Shown in pieces: positions 10,314 through 20,798 of a stretch of 64,000 nucleotides of DNA. This stretch comes from Promethearchaeota archaeon (GTDB taxonomy: Archaea > Asgardarchaeota > Lokiarchaeia > Sigyniarchaeales > SOKP01). The stretch covers positions 20,100-84,099 of the forward strand of contig JAEOSU010000037.1 in assembly GCA_016840165.1 (NCBI GenBank), in the 5' to 3' direction. Position 1 is the stretch's first letter, and each line of letters opens with the position of its first letter. The translations under genes and the position numbers were made by a program. The notes beneath the pieces are model-generated. The model was not told the origin of the DNA. It worked only from the letters and a program-made list of their open reading frames with translations, and did no database searches.

Positions 10314-11312
10314 ATGGCTAAGAAGGAAGAAGATAAAGAAGAGAAGCAAAAAAAGGATGAGAGTAAATCGGAAAAGGAATTCACTTTAGATGATATACCG
10401 GGGGTAGGAGAAGCAACTTTAAAGAAATTAAAGGATGCGGGCATAATTTCAGTAAGGTCACTTGCTGTATATCCTCTAATAAAATTAATGGATGATGCAG
10501 GTGTTGGAGAAAAAACAGCACTTAAATTAATTAAAGCCGCTCAAGATGTAGAAAAAATGGGATTTAAATCAGCAGACGTAATCTGGGAAAAACGACGTCA
10601 ATTAAACCATTTAACGACATCTAGCCAAAATCTAGACGATTTATTAGCGGGAGGAGTAGAACCAGGTTCGGTGACAGAATTATTTGGTGAATATAGAACA
10701 GGTAAAACACAGATCGCCCATCAACTGTGTGTCAATGTACAATTACCTTATGAAAAAGGAGGTTTAGAGGGAAATGCACTGTATATAGATACCGAGGGAA
10801 CCTTTAGACCCGAAAGGATCATTCAGATGGCTAATGCATTAGATTTGAATTATTCTGAAATACTCAAGAATATTGTAATTGGTCGTGCTTATAATAGTGA
10901 CCATCAAGTATTATTAGCCAGAGAAGCAGCGAGAATAATTAAAGAGAAAAATATTAAATTAGTTGTCGTTGATTCCATTATTGGCCATTTTAGAAGCGAA
11001 TATGTAGGTAGAGGTACGTTAGCAAACCGTCAACAGTTGTTAAATAGTCATATTCATGATTTACTAAGATTAACTGAAACATTTGATGAATTAGCGGTGC
11101 TGTTTACAAATCAAGTCTCTTCAAGGCCAGATGTATTCTATGGAAATCCTATAACTCATACAGGAGGACATGTGTTAGCACATGGAGCAACTGTACGAAT
11201 CTATTTAAGGAAAGGTAAGGCAAATCAAAGAGTTGCGAAGGTTGTTGATGCGCCTCATTTACCTGAAGAAGATGCGGTATTTTCTATTAATGAAGATGGA
11301 ATTAGAGACTAA
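10314..11312 (+). CDS. radA: DNA repair and recombination protein RadA
   Basis: N-terminal HhH (DIPGVG), Walker A GEYRTGKTQ, YIDTEGTFRPER, Walker B VVVDS, FRSEYVGRGTLANRQQ. Confidence 0.96.
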   Translation: MAKKEEDKEEKQKKDESKSEKEFTLDDIPGVGEATLKKLKDAGIISVRSLAVYPLIKLMDDAGVGEKTALKLIKAAQDVEKMGFKSADVIWEKRRQLNHLTTSSQNLDDLLAGGVEPGSVTELFGEYRTGKTQIAHQLCVNVQLPYEKGGLEGNALYIDTEGTFRPERIIQMANALDLNYSEILKNIVIGRAYNSDHQVLLAREAARIIKEKNIKLVVVDSIIGHFRSEYVGRGTLANRQQLLNSHIHDLLRLTETFDELAVLFTNQVSSRPDVFYGNPITHTGGHVLAHGATVRIYLRKGKANQRVAKVVDAPHLPEEDAVFSINEDGIRD

Positions 11313-11323
11313 AGGCTATAAAT

Positions 11324-12052
11324 ATGGATAGTGTAAAAATAACAGTCCTAGTGGATAATATTAATGGTATTACTCCAGGATATATTAAAGACTTTGGATT
11401 CGCTGCTTTGATTGAAAAAGAAGAATTAAAAGTCCTATTTGATACTGGCACCAATCCTAACACCCTCAGCCATAATTTAAGTCAATATGGAATATCTCCT
11501 AAATCTGTAAATGCCGTTATCCTAAGCCATAATCATTATGATCATACAAATGGATTAACCAGTATTATCCAAGAACATCAAAATATCCCCATCTACGTTC
11601 ATAAATTTTGGAATAAACCAGTAAGGCATAGCGGAATTGGAATCTCACAATTACAGGTTTTTGTTAATGAAAAAGCTCGCGAATGTACAGAGCTTGCAAA
11701 AGGAATTTTTCTAACAAATACCCAATCATCAGGAGATTATGGGGGAATTCATGAACATGCATGTTATATTCAAGCCAATCAATCATATATACTTTTGTGT
11801 GGTTGCTGTCATCCCGGATTGAATAAATTCTTATCAGATCGCTCTGATTTAAACATTCCCATCGATGCTCCTCTTCATTTTATCGGGGGCATGCATAGTT
11901 TTAGATTTACAGACGCAGAAGCGGAAAAATTGGATCCGATTGTAAAATCAGTTACCCTCTGCCATTGTACACAAAATGTCAATACTTTTTTTAAGCAATT
12001 TCCTAGCAAATGTCAGAAAGCGATTCTAGGGAAAACTATTATTTATTCCTAA
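11324..12052 (+). CDS. MBL-fold metallo-hydrolase (COG1237-like)
   Basis: ITVLVDN, LFDTG, LSHNHYDHTNG, GCCHPG, IGGMH, CHCT. Confidence 0.85.
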   Translation: MDSVKITVLVDNINGITPGYIKDFGFAALIEKEELKVLFDTGTNPNTLSHNLSQYGISPKSVNAVILSHNHYDHTNGLTSIIQEHQNIPIYVHKFWNKPVRHSGIGISQLQVFVNEKARECTELAKGIFLTNTQSSGDYGGIHEHACYIQANQSYILLCGCCHPGLNKFLSDRSDLNIPIDAPLHFIGGMHSFRFTDAEAEKLDPIVKSVTLCHCTQNVNTFFKQFPSKCQKAILGKTIIYS

Positions 12053-12073
12053 TAATTAAATAAAAAGTAAAGA

Positions 12074-12511
12074 TTAATAGTCAAGATTTACTTTAACATC
12101 AATTCCTTCTCGGACAGCTTGAGTTACAATACAATATTGTTCAAACATCTTTTTACATTGATCTGCCCTCTTTCTTGTTTCCGGATCATCGATATCCATT
12201 TTGATTATGACATCAATATTATTTACTCTCCAAAAACCCTTGTCATTTCTGGCAATCGAAACTTCAGCTTCTGCCTTTAGGTCACTAAGACTTAAGTTTT
12301 TCTTTTTTAGACAAAAGATAAAACTAGCACTCAAACATCCCAGGATCGCCATTCCTAACATTCGACTTGGATTGGGGCCCCACATTGCAGCTTCGACATC
12401 ATGTTCTTCATCAATATAACAATCTTTTACTTTCATCTCACCGAGTTCACATTTAAAAATCATTTCTTTTTCTAAGGATAAGCCCACTTTTAATTTCTTA
12501 GGTTCACTCAT
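12074..12511 (-). CDS. OsmC/Ohr family protein
   Basis: GPNPSRML...LGCLSAS and FEQYCIVTQAV two-Cys pattern; AAGGAG SD. Confidence 0.85.
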   Translation of the reverse strand: MSEPKKLKVGLSLEKEMIFKCELGEMKVKDCYIDEEHDVEAAMWGPNPSRMLGMAILGCLSASFIFCLKKKNLSLSDLKAEAEVSIARNDKGFWRVNNIDVIIKMDIDDPETRKRADQCKKMFEQYCIVTQAVREGIDVKVNLDY

Positions 12512-12616
12512 ATATTACAAACTCCTTGATTTTACTTTATAAAGAATTTTTAGTTAATATACTTAAATTCAATTGAAATTCTTAAATTTTTCACATTTAA
12601 TTTATAAAAAAGTATA

Positions 12617-13219
12617 CTACTTTTTTTCTTTCTTCTTTAGATGAAAGTGACGAGAGAGATGAAAACCTAATCCTATAAAGTATAAAATGATAAAAAATAG
12701 ATATTCCAAAGCAAAAATAGAAACCACAATCAACATAGCGCAAAATAAGCATATTTCGATAGCAATGCATACACTATTAGTATAGTATTTCGTATCAAAA
12801 AATGAACTTGGATTTTTATATTTAGATAAGTAATGTGGAAGATTCTCACCTTCTTCAAGTGACATTAAAAATTTAAATCCATTTTGTTTTTTAGGAAAAT
12901 AGAACAAATTTGTCCCCCAATCGAAGGTGTCAATTATAATATGAAGCATGTAAGACAACCCACCTAGCAATATCACATTATAATTAAAGTATATCATGAT
13001 GATAATTCCTATAATGATCAAAATTGTACTTGGGATTAAAGAATGGGTAAGATAAAGACGATGATTCTGATTTTTTGCTAATTTTGTAAGGAATATATCA
13101 AAATCACATACAAATGATAAAAGCAAAACAATAGAATATTCTATAAAATTAAAGTTAAAGAAATAATGTAAAATTGAAGTAGTAATTATTCCAATTGCAA
13201 TATGAACGTTAATATGCAT
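12617..13219 (-). CDS. Membrane-bound metal-dependent hydrolase (YdjM-like)
   Basis: N-terminal His, DFD, HR..THS and HIIID motifs among transmembrane helices. Confidence 0.75.
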   Translation of the reverse strand: MHINVHIAIGIITTSILHYFFNFNFIEYSIVLLLSFVCDFDIFLTKLAKNQNHRLYLTHSLIPSTILIIIGIIIMIYFNYNVILLGGLSYMLHIIIDTFDWGTNLFYFPKKQNGFKFLMSLEEGENLPHYLSKYKNPSSFFDTKYYTNSVCIAIEICLFCAMLIVVSIFALEYLFFIILYFIGLGFHLSRHFHLKKKEKK

Positions 13220-13247
13220 TGTTTTTTACCATGATATAATTCTGATT

Positions 13248-14258
13248 TTAAGTAATATAATTTTTCCTTTGGACACGCTGCATGATTTTTTTCTTAGTTT
13301 GAACACCATCAGTCCCTTTCTCCTCAACTAAGAATGATGCAGCTGCGGACGCTATATACCCACTTTTCTCAACTGCGTTCCAACTTTTATCAGAAAGGAG
13401 ATACTCCAGTAAAAAAATAGCTAAATATACATCTCCTGCTCCTGTTTCATCTTTTACTCTTTTTGGTTTAAAAGCAGGAATCTTTAGTATCTTTTCTCCA
13501 TTTTTAACTAGCCATGAGCCTTGTTCACCCATAGTCATAATAAAAATTGAATTCCCTTTAAAACTTCTAAAAGAATTCATTATTTCATGAGAATCTTCGC
13601 ACCCTGAAAGAAGTTTCATTTCTATTTCTGATCCTTTCAAGATTAAACGATTTCCAATTAAATTAATAATATCTTTCATATTAGATATCAGATCTTCATT
13701 ATATGTATAAGAAACAACTCCTTTAGAGTCTATTTTCCGAATAAAACCTTGCAAATCAATCCCGATTAGAGTATCAGGAAATAAATCAATTATGTGTGCA
13801 ATATATTCATACAAGATTTCGTTACAGAGCGGTACAAGAACAATTATTTGAGGAGATTTTTCTAAATAAGATTTTGGAATATCCTCGATATTTAAATTAG
13901 GACTTCTTGATTCTAAAGTCAATATTCTGTTATGATCTAAGTAATCGAGTATAAATGTAGTATTATAAGTCTCTGACTTCTTAATTCCACGTAAGTCAAT
14001 TTGACTTTTTTCTAACTTTCGTAATAGCTTTTGATTAAAACCAAGATTTCCAATATGGGTTATTATTCCTACTTTTAACTTTGGTTGATATTTAGTTAAA
14101 GCTAAAGACCCATAAGATACACTACCTCCCAATGTTGGCTTGAAGATCTCATTAAAGCGAAGGATTCTGTCGACAGCTAGGTGTCCAATAAAAATTACTG
14201 AAAGGTTCTTATCCATTTGATCGCGCATCGTTTTTATTGTAAATTTGTTATTCTTCAA
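13248..14258 (-). CDS. PfkB/ribokinase-family carbohydrate kinase
   Basis: IGHLAVD, LGGSVSY, IDLQG, TMGEQGS, DETGAGDVY; true start may be a downstream ATG. Confidence 0.9.
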   Translation of the reverse strand: MKNNKFTIKTMRDQMDKNLSVIFIGHLAVDRILRFNEIFKPTLGGSVSYGSLALTKYQPKLKVGIITHIGNLGFNQKLLRKLEKSQIDLRGIKKSETYNTTFILDYLDHNRILTLESRSPNLNIEDIPKSYLEKSPQIIVLVPLCNEILYEYIAHIIDLFPDTLIGIDLQGFIRKIDSKGVVSYTYNEDLISNMKDIINLIGNRLILKGSEIEMKLLSGCEDSHEIMNSFRSFKGNSIFIMTMGEQGSWLVKNGEKILKIPAFKPKRVKDETGAGDVYLAIFLLEYLLSDKSWNAVEKSGYIASAAASFLVEEKGTDGVQTKKKIMQRVQRKNYIT

Positions 14259-14422
14259 AAATATTTCCCATTATTTCTGACAAGCTTAAATTTCTAGTCA
14301 TATATTTCTGAATATTTGTACATCTAGAATTTAAAAAAGATTAGAAAAGGGTTATTATTGTTTTAAAAAAATAATTAAAGTTAAGTATCAGAATAAAATC
14401 TCAATTAGATTAAAGATATTAA

Positions 14423-15508
14423 TTAAACTCCACTTAATTTTTTTAGTTCAGTAATTTCGTGGTCTTTTTCTTTAATGGTTAATTTTAATTTATTTATACT
14501 TTTTTGTAAGTCATCAACAAGACCAGACATTTGACCAGCAGGAATTATTTTTTGCTCTACTTGGTTTAACTTGAGTTCGGTAATGATCTTATCTTTTTCT
14601 TGTAATTTGAATTCCAAATCAGATATTTTTTCTTCTAAATTTGATAAGTTTATGGAGACACCATCAGTATTTTGTTTAACTTTTAATTGATTTTGTAAAG
14701 ATTCTATATCATTTTTTAATGCTTCATTTTCCTGTTGCAAATTTTGGATATCTCCACCCGTGAATTGAATGTCCTTACCTTCTAACGTTGACTTTAACTC
14801 TGAATTTTCTTGCTGTAATTTATCAATTATTTTTTTATGTTTGTTTAAATCCGTCTGAAGATCTTGGCATAAGGCTTCTAATGGCATTGAGGAACTTTCA
14901 GGAGGACTTGGTTTAATAACAGAGGATTCAGGAGATTCTACAGGTACAACATAATCAATTGGTAAAGATTTCATTTTCTCGACTAATTGTTTTTGTAGTT
15001 CTTCATTTTCTTCCTTCTTTTCAAGAAGATCTCGCTCGAGGTCTGTAATATGTTGTTTGTATTTAGTTAATTCTAATTTTAACTCTTCAATAATAGCAAG
15101 ATTCACGTCATTTTGATTACCTTCTTGAAGGTTAGATATTGTAGTATGTAGATTATTGATTTCTTGATCTTTTTCCATATTTAATTGAACCATACTTTTA
15201 ATCTTATCGCTTAGCTCCGCATTTTCAGTTTCCAATTGATTTAATCGTATACTCACTTCTTTTAGGCTTTGTTCGTTTTCTAATCTTAGTTTTTCCTTTT
15301 CTTGGGCTGCGTTTTTAATAATATCTTCGGCTTTACTAATTAATTGGATATTCTCAGCTATTTTATCTCTTAATTGCTGGTTTTCTTGTTGAAGCAAATC
15401 AAGTTTATTAGTTGTATTGCTGATGGACGCTGGTTTATTATTTTCCTGTTCCATTTTCTTTTTCCATAAGCTAATGAAATCTTCTACTTTTTCGTTATCT
15501 TCAGACAT
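14423..15508 (-). CDS. Long coiled-coil protein of unknown function
   Basis: Heptad-rich E/K/Q/L sequence broken by a Pro/Ser-rich linker. Confidence 0.7.
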   Translation of the reverse strand: MSEDNEKVEDFISLWKKKMEQENNKPASISNTTNKLDLLQQENQQLRDKIAENIQLISKAEDIIKNAAQEKEKLRLENEQSLKEVSIRLNQLETENAELSDKIKSMVQLNMEKDQEINNLHTTISNLQEGNQNDVNLAIIEELKLELTKYKQHITDLERDLLEKKEENEELQKQLVEKMKSLPIDYVVPVESPESSVIKPSPPESSSMPLEALCQDLQTDLNKHKKIIDKLQQENSELKSTLEGKDIQFTGGDIQNLQQENEALKNDIESLQNQLKVKQNTDGVSINLSNLEEKISDLEFKLQEKDKIITELKLNQVEQKIIPAGQMSGLVDDLQKSINKLKLTIKEKDHEITELKKLSGV

Positions 15509-15660
15509 TATTCTTAACCTAAATATTAATCATATAAATAAAGATTCAATTTATTTAAAAATTCTTTTAGAAGTAAAATTGCATATTCCTTTAAAAAAAA
15601 TTTTTTGTAAAAATAGTTATTAAGAGTTTTAAAATTACACTAAAAAAATCATGTAAATTT

Positions 15661-16584
15661 CTATCTAATTATTATCCCAGAAAAATAACCAACTGTCCAT
15701 GTACCCCCACCAGGAGAGATATCTTTGCTGGCATAATACTTCAAAAGCTTAGATTCTTTAGCATTCATATTTTTTCCAATAGAAACCAAAGTAGCAATTG
15801 TTTGTCGGCCACATATACTTGGACCTCTCTGATCGGCACGAAATTGATCATAGACTTCTTTAGAAACAACATTTTCTGGGTTTAAAATATTCTCTGGTTT
15901 AAAAGTAAGAAATTGATCAATAACGGTTAGATCAATTTCTTTCAAGGTTTTCATTTGCGATTCATTAATTATGTCATAATGGGACATATCAGATGATGCA
16001 ACTAATATGATATCTTTATCAATCCCATTAATTACAGTTGAGATTTCATTTGAGATAGTTTCCATTTCATTACGATTTATGTGGTTGGTAATCTTTATTG
16101 GGAGAATCTTTACATTATTTTCCCCCGCACAAAATTTTATAAATGGAAGTTGGATTTCAATATTATGTTCTTGGTAGTTTATAAAAGCCGATGTATCCTC
16201 GGTGATAATTTTTGCATTGTCAAGTATTAACTCTGCTAACTCATGATCTATTTCTAAATTTCCTAGTGGAGTTTTCCACACTCCTTTTTGCATTAAACCC
16301 ACCTTTGAATAATAATGATGGTGTGTTCCAAGAATGATAATGGTATCTGGGATCCGCTCTTTGAAGAGATTAAAATAAGTATATGCTGCGCAAGGACCAG
16401 AATAAGCATATCCTGCGTGGGGCGAAACTCCCCCAATAATGGTTCGCGACTCTTTATTTTGACACTTCGGAAGTGCTCCGGGACCAAATGTATCATTTTT
16501 AAAATGACGCTCTAAATCACGTTTTAAATCGTCTTTGTTATGTGAATACCAGTGGCCAGCAAAAATCGCTTTTCGTTCAATCAT
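15661..16584 (-). CDS. MEMO1 family protein (AmmeMemoRadiSam protein B)
   Basis: R.AIFAG.WY, PHAGYAYSG, GTHH, W.TPLG, EHNIEIQLPF, ASSDMSHY, SICG. Confidence 0.92.
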   Translation of the reverse strand: MIERKAIFAGHWYSHNKDDLKRDLERHFKNDTFGPGALPKCQNKESRTIIGGVSPHAGYAYSGPCAAYTYFNLFKERIPDTIIILGTHHHYYSKVGLMQKGVWKTPLGNLEIDHELAELILDNAKIITEDTSAFINYQEHNIEIQLPFIKFCAGENNVKILPIKITNHINRNEMETISNEISTVINGIDKDIILVASSDMSHYDIINESQMKTLKEIDLTVIDQFLTFKPENILNPENVVSKEVYDQFRADQRGPSICGRQTIATLVSIGKNMNAKESKLLKYYASKDISPGGGTWTVGYFSGIIIR

Positions 16585-16725
16585 GCTTTATATCCTAATT
16601 ATTATTGAATAATATATTGATAACAAGATATAAAACAATTTTTACTAGTTTTGATAATGCCTTACGACTTATTATCTTTTATATAAATTTACAAGAATTC
16701 TTAAGGTATAAATCATAATTCTGTC

Positions 16726-17331
16726 TTGATGAGTGAAGATAAGGAAGCTCTCATTTCTTTAGACGATCTTACAGAAAAGGATATCCCAGAAAAAATCCCC
16801 ACTAAATTCATTAATTCGAGAGTTATAGTATTTAATCCGTTATTTGCATCCTATCTTTATGTAAAACAGAATTTTTTTGGTTCTCCTTTAGGAATTAATA
16901 AACCGAGATTAGCATATTTCTCTAAACCTTCAGAATTGAGTTTAATTGAAGCATATTATTTACTTCTAAAGGGAAAAATTACGATTGAAAATCCTGAAAG
17001 GAATCAACTAATCTCTCCTGAAGAATTTTTTGAGAGCGCAAAACAACTCCATCATAAATTTGAAGAGAAATTTATTATCTATAATGATCTACGCGAAAAA
17101 GGATATATTCCTCGACCTGGACTTAAATTTGGGGCTGATTTTGTTGTATACAAGAAAGGTCCAGGATTAGAACACTCCCCTTTTATTGTCCATGTATTAC
17201 CTCATGATGCTAAGATTTCTGCCATCGATATGGTCAGAGCAGGAAGATTAGCAACTTCAGTCAGAAAAAAATTCGTAATCGCAAATCCTTTGACAATAAG
17301 TTATTATTTCTTTGAATGGTTCAAACCTTAA
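16726..17331 (+). CDS. endA: tRNA-splicing endonuclease, catalytic subunit
   Basis: LSLIEAYYL, YNDLREKGY..PGLKFGADFVVY..GPG..HS, GRLATSVRKK (Tyr-His-Lys triad). Confidence 0.93.
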   Translation: MMSEDKEALISLDDLTEKDIPEKIPTKFINSRVIVFNPLFASYLYVKQNFFGSPLGINKPRLAYFSKPSELSLIEAYYLLLKGKITIENPERNQLISPEEFFESAKQLHHKFEEKFIIYNDLREKGYIPRPGLKFGADFVVYKKGPGLEHSPFIVHVLPHDAKISAIDMVRAGRLATSVRKKFVIANPLTISYYFFEWFKP

Positions 17332-17777
17332 TCTAAAATAGGCTTTCCACAATTAGGACATTTCTTAACAAAGTTAGGAATGATTATCCCACAATAACGA
17401 CATTTTCGAATTATAGATTTTTTATACTTAAAATCTAAAGAGATATTATGTCTGGGTTTATCTGGAATTACTGGTCGTTCATACTTTAATTCTTCTTTAT
17501 ACATTTGATAATCTGATTTTTTCTTACTTTTATCTACCTTCTGAAATAATCTACGATACAAATCTTTTGATATTCCCGTAATTAGCGGTCCAATAACAAT
17601 TAAGATTAAAAATATTAGAATGAGTAAAATGATTAAAGGATTCATACCTAAATCAAGAAAAATGCTATATAAATAGAAAAGAAGTATCGTGTACAGTATT
17701 ATAAATATAATTCGGAAGATAATTGATTTTTTACTTCTGCTCTTTTTTCTATTTGAATTGTTTGGTTGATTTTCCAT
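17328..17777 (-). CDS. Two-TM membrane protein with C-terminal zinc ribbon
   Basis: Two hydrophobic helices, CRYCG...CPNCG; starts 1 nt after the ATPase subunit I stop. Confidence 0.75.
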   Translation of the reverse strand: MENQPNNSNRKKSRSKKSIIFRIIFIILYTILLFYLYSIFLDLGMNPLIILLILIFLILIVIGPLITGISKDLYRRLFQKVDKSKKKSDYQMYKEELKYERPVIPDKPRHNISLDFKYKKSIIRKCRYCGIIIPNFVKKCPNCGKPILD

Positions 17778-17778
17778 C

Positions 17779-20127
17779 CTATTTCCGATTTAAATATTTA
17801 TTTTCAATATACTTAACCGCCTTATCTACTTCTAATTTGGCTTTTTCTGGTTCAATCTCTTTTTGTATCTCTTCAGAGATTAAATCCTTGTCTAAACCCA
17901 CTTTAAATTTTATTGTGGAATAATTATTATCCAAATAAAATGGAAAAAATTCAGTTCCTGTACCTTTGTAAAATTTAAAGAAAAATTCGTAGAAATGAAG
18001 TCGAATAGTGTTGATAAAAACCAATACCCCTTCTAATAAAATTACCAAAAGATTTCCGAATATTGTACCAGTTATCCTTAATATGTCAAATAATAGACCT
18101 TCCCCTTGAACTAAGCCAGTTAGCGCTTGAATTGAAATCATTAATGCTATATGAGCAAGAGCTAGTGCTAACAAACGAATATATGACGCCACATTACTTA
18201 AAATGGATAATGCAGTTTCAAAGGTTTCAACAGTCCCTTCTCCCATAAGAGCACCATATGACTCTTTTTTTAAGTAGGAAATTCCAAAAATTTTACCGAG
18301 AGGTTTTAATATTATTAAAAGAATGCCAGGGATAATAACAAATAAGATAGGTGGTGGTAACGGAATCGGAACACCAGAAAATGGGAGATATACGGATGTT
18401 GGTGATAACCAAGTTCTTAGATCTATACCATACTGAAAAATTAAATATGTACCTCCAGTTAATAGACATATTTTCATAAATGAATTTGTAAAAGCTATAT
18501 ACTTTTTCGATTGTCTAGCATAGTTAATAAATTCAAGAAACCATCCTAGATTAATATGCACGACTCCAATAAATAAGGCAAACATAAATACACTTGTGAT
18601 ATTTTGAAGAGGATCGTAAATATTTACTGGTCCCAAGAATGGAAGATATAGAAGTATCGGTTGTAATTGTATCCCCAAGAAATTTTCATAACCAAAAAAT
18701 TCTCCGTAAAATATTCCTCCCAAAGTGGCTCCTAATCCACAATAAAATACGATCCAACTAAATTTGCCAATTGATTTCTTTCTAAAAATAATTCCTCCGA
18801 GAATGCCAGAGATAATAAGGATTAGTCCATGACCAATATCCCCAAACATTAACCCAAAGATGAAAGGAAATGTAAATGCTAAAAAAGGAGTAGGGTCAAT
18901 TTCAGAATAGGAAGGTACTCCATACATTTTCGTGATCATTTCAAAAGGTCTAATGACCCAAGGATTTTTCATAATTGTAGGAGTTTCTTCCTTTATCTCT
19001 TCTTTATTGATACTCTCTTCCAATTTACTTTGTTCTAAATCATATTCGTTTTCATTTTCTTTTAAAACTTCAATCTTTTCAGATTTAGGTACTAGTCTCT
19101 CTTCTTCCTTTATTTCATGAAAACGTGGAATATCAATAATATTAATCATTATTTTATTTCTAAATGTTTTTAACAATTGTTGCTTTACTTGTTCTTTTTT
19201 CCAAGAAGGTACATAAAATTGAAATGAAAGAGTATTAGGAGAAATACGCTTAAACTGCCTTTCAGCCCAATGATATTCTTCAATATTCTGAACTACTTCA
19301 TTTATGGCAGCAAACTTATAAATATTTGAGTCTCTTAACTTTTGTCTTTCGGTTTTATATTTTAATAAAGTTGTATTGATGATATTGATTTCGCCTTCGA
19401 TACGAGTGAAATTAATTCCTTCTGGAGTTAAATACTTTTTTAAGATTGGAACTTCTTCTGCATGAATAAGATTTAATTTTTCTTTTAATTCTTCCTCCAA
19501 ATCTTTTGGATAAAAGAGATAAAAAGTAATTCGATCCTCTAATTTATAGACATTTGGGAACAGTTCATCCGTTTCATGGATATTGGGAAAGTTGGAAAAT
19601 TTAAATAGAGTATTAAAGTTATCAATATTCTTTTTAAACATAGTATAAACTTTAAAACTGATCTTCTTTAAGTCCGATATACTTTCTCTATTTAAATTAA
19701 ATTGTTCTAAAAATGTATAGCTAGATTTTATGATTTGAATATTCTCTATTTCAATCTGTGCTTTTGCTATGTATCTATCTAATTCATTTATCCGGTTTGT
19801 ATAAAAATTTATCTCTTCTAAGGATTTATTTACTAATTCTGCTAAATCGTGTACTATGAATTCAACTCTATCCTCAGATGGTATTTCTTTTAACTCTTGA
19901 AGATTTACTTCATTAATATTAAGTTTGCTCAATAAAGAGTCTAAATTTTGCCTTAAATTTTTTAATTTTCCTATAAAAGGATCTTTTTCTTCTGATGTTT
20001 CCAATTTTTTTTTTTCTTTTGTCTTTATGTGAGTATTGTTTATATTTGAAAGTGTATTTAAAAGTTGATCCTTATAGTATTCATAAATACCAACTTCGAT
20101 TAGGCTCATTTGAACTTTATTAGTCAT
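17779..20127 (-). CDS. atpI: V/A-type ATPase subunit I (a)
   Basis: TPT, PFE.ITKMYGVPSYSEIDPT, FGLMFGDIGHG, SYIRLLAL, RLHFYEFF.KFY.G.G..F.PF. Confidence 0.95.
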   Translation of the reverse strand: MTNKVQMSLIEVGIYEYYKDQLLNTLSNINNTHIKTKEKKKLETSEEKDPFIGKLKNLRQNLDSLLSKLNINEVNLQELKEIPSEDRVEFIVHDLAELVNKSLEEINFYTNRINELDRYIAKAQIEIENIQIIKSSYTFLEQFNLNRESISDLKKISFKVYTMFKKNIDNFNTLFKFSNFPNIHETDELFPNVYKLEDRITFYLFYPKDLEEELKEKLNLIHAEEVPILKKYLTPEGINFTRIEGEINIINTTLLKYKTERQKLRDSNIYKFAAINEVVQNIEEYHWAERQFKRISPNTLSFQFYVPSWKKEQVKQQLLKTFRNKIMINIIDIPRFHEIKEEERLVPKSEKIEVLKENENEYDLEQSKLEESINKEEIKEETPTIMKNPWVIRPFEMITKMYGVPSYSEIDPTPFLAFTFPFIFGLMFGDIGHGLILIISGILGGIIFRKKSIGKFSWIVFYCGLGATLGGIFYGEFFGYENFLGIQLQPILLYLPFLGPVNIYDPLQNITSVFMFALFIGVVHINLGWFLEFINYARQSKKYIAFTNSFMKICLLTGGTYLIFQYGIDLRTWLSPTSVYLPFSGVPIPLPPPILFVIIPGILLIILKPLGKIFGISYLKKESYGALMGEGTVETFETALSILSNVASYIRLLALALAHIALMISIQALTGLVQGEGLLFDILRITGTIFGNLLVILLEGVLVFINTIRLHFYEFFFKFYKGTGTEFFPFYLDNNYSTIKFKVGLDKDLISEEIQKEIEPEKAKLEVDKAVKYIENKYLNRK

Positions 20128-20147
20128 AATATTTCATCCAATTCTAT

Positions 20148-20798
20148 TCATTTTCTCTTCTTTTCAATTAAATCTTTAGTTTTTTTTAATCGAACAAAGT
20201 TTTCTCTGTCCATTTCTTCCAATATTCCTTTAATTTTTCTAATATCATCCGAAAGAGCAGGAATAATTTGATTTTTTAATCCAGTAATTCTTCGATTTAA
20301 CTTCTTTAAATTAAAAGCTAATGAAAAAAATAAATCTTCAAATTCAGCAAAATTAATCATTAATTCGAAAAACTTTTCTAATAACGGCATTAATTCATCA
20401 ATAAAGCGACTAGTGTTTTCAAAGGAGTATGCTGGGAGTCTTCCTATTCGATTTAAATCATAATCTATTTTTTGAAATGAAATACCTATATCTTTAGCAA
20501 ATTTAACGCTAATAGTAGGTTTATATTGGATTTTGCTTAAATTACTAATTAAGACAACATCTCTCTTTCCCATTTCTTTATATGCCTCATTCATATAAAT
20601 TAATGATTTTTTAACAGTTCCCAAAAATTGCTCCAATTTATCTTGATAAACTTGATTTTTAGACTTAATTTGTGAAATGAGTTGCTCCCGTTTGAATTCT
20701 AAAAATGTTGCTCCTTTTTCAGCAAGAGCTAATTTTTTCTCTAAACTGATTAAATTTGTTTTCGTTGGCTTAATCTCTCGGAAGCTTAATGTAAACAC
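20148..20798 (-). CDS. atpD: V/A-type ATPase subunit D
   Basis: IKPTKTNL...GATFLEFKRE, RRITGLKNQIIP, LEEMDRENFVRLKK. Confidence 0.92.
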   Translation of the reverse strand: MFTLSFREIKPTKTNLISLEKKLALAEKGATFLEFKREQLISQIKSKNQVYQDKLEQFLGTVKKSLIYMNEAYKEMGKRDVVLISNLSKIQYKPTISVKFAKDIGISFQKIDYDLNRIGRLPAYSFENTSRFIDELMPLLEKFFELMINFAEFEDLFFSLAFNLKKLNRRITGLKNQIIPALSDDIRKIKGILEEMDRENFVRLKKTKDLIEKKRK

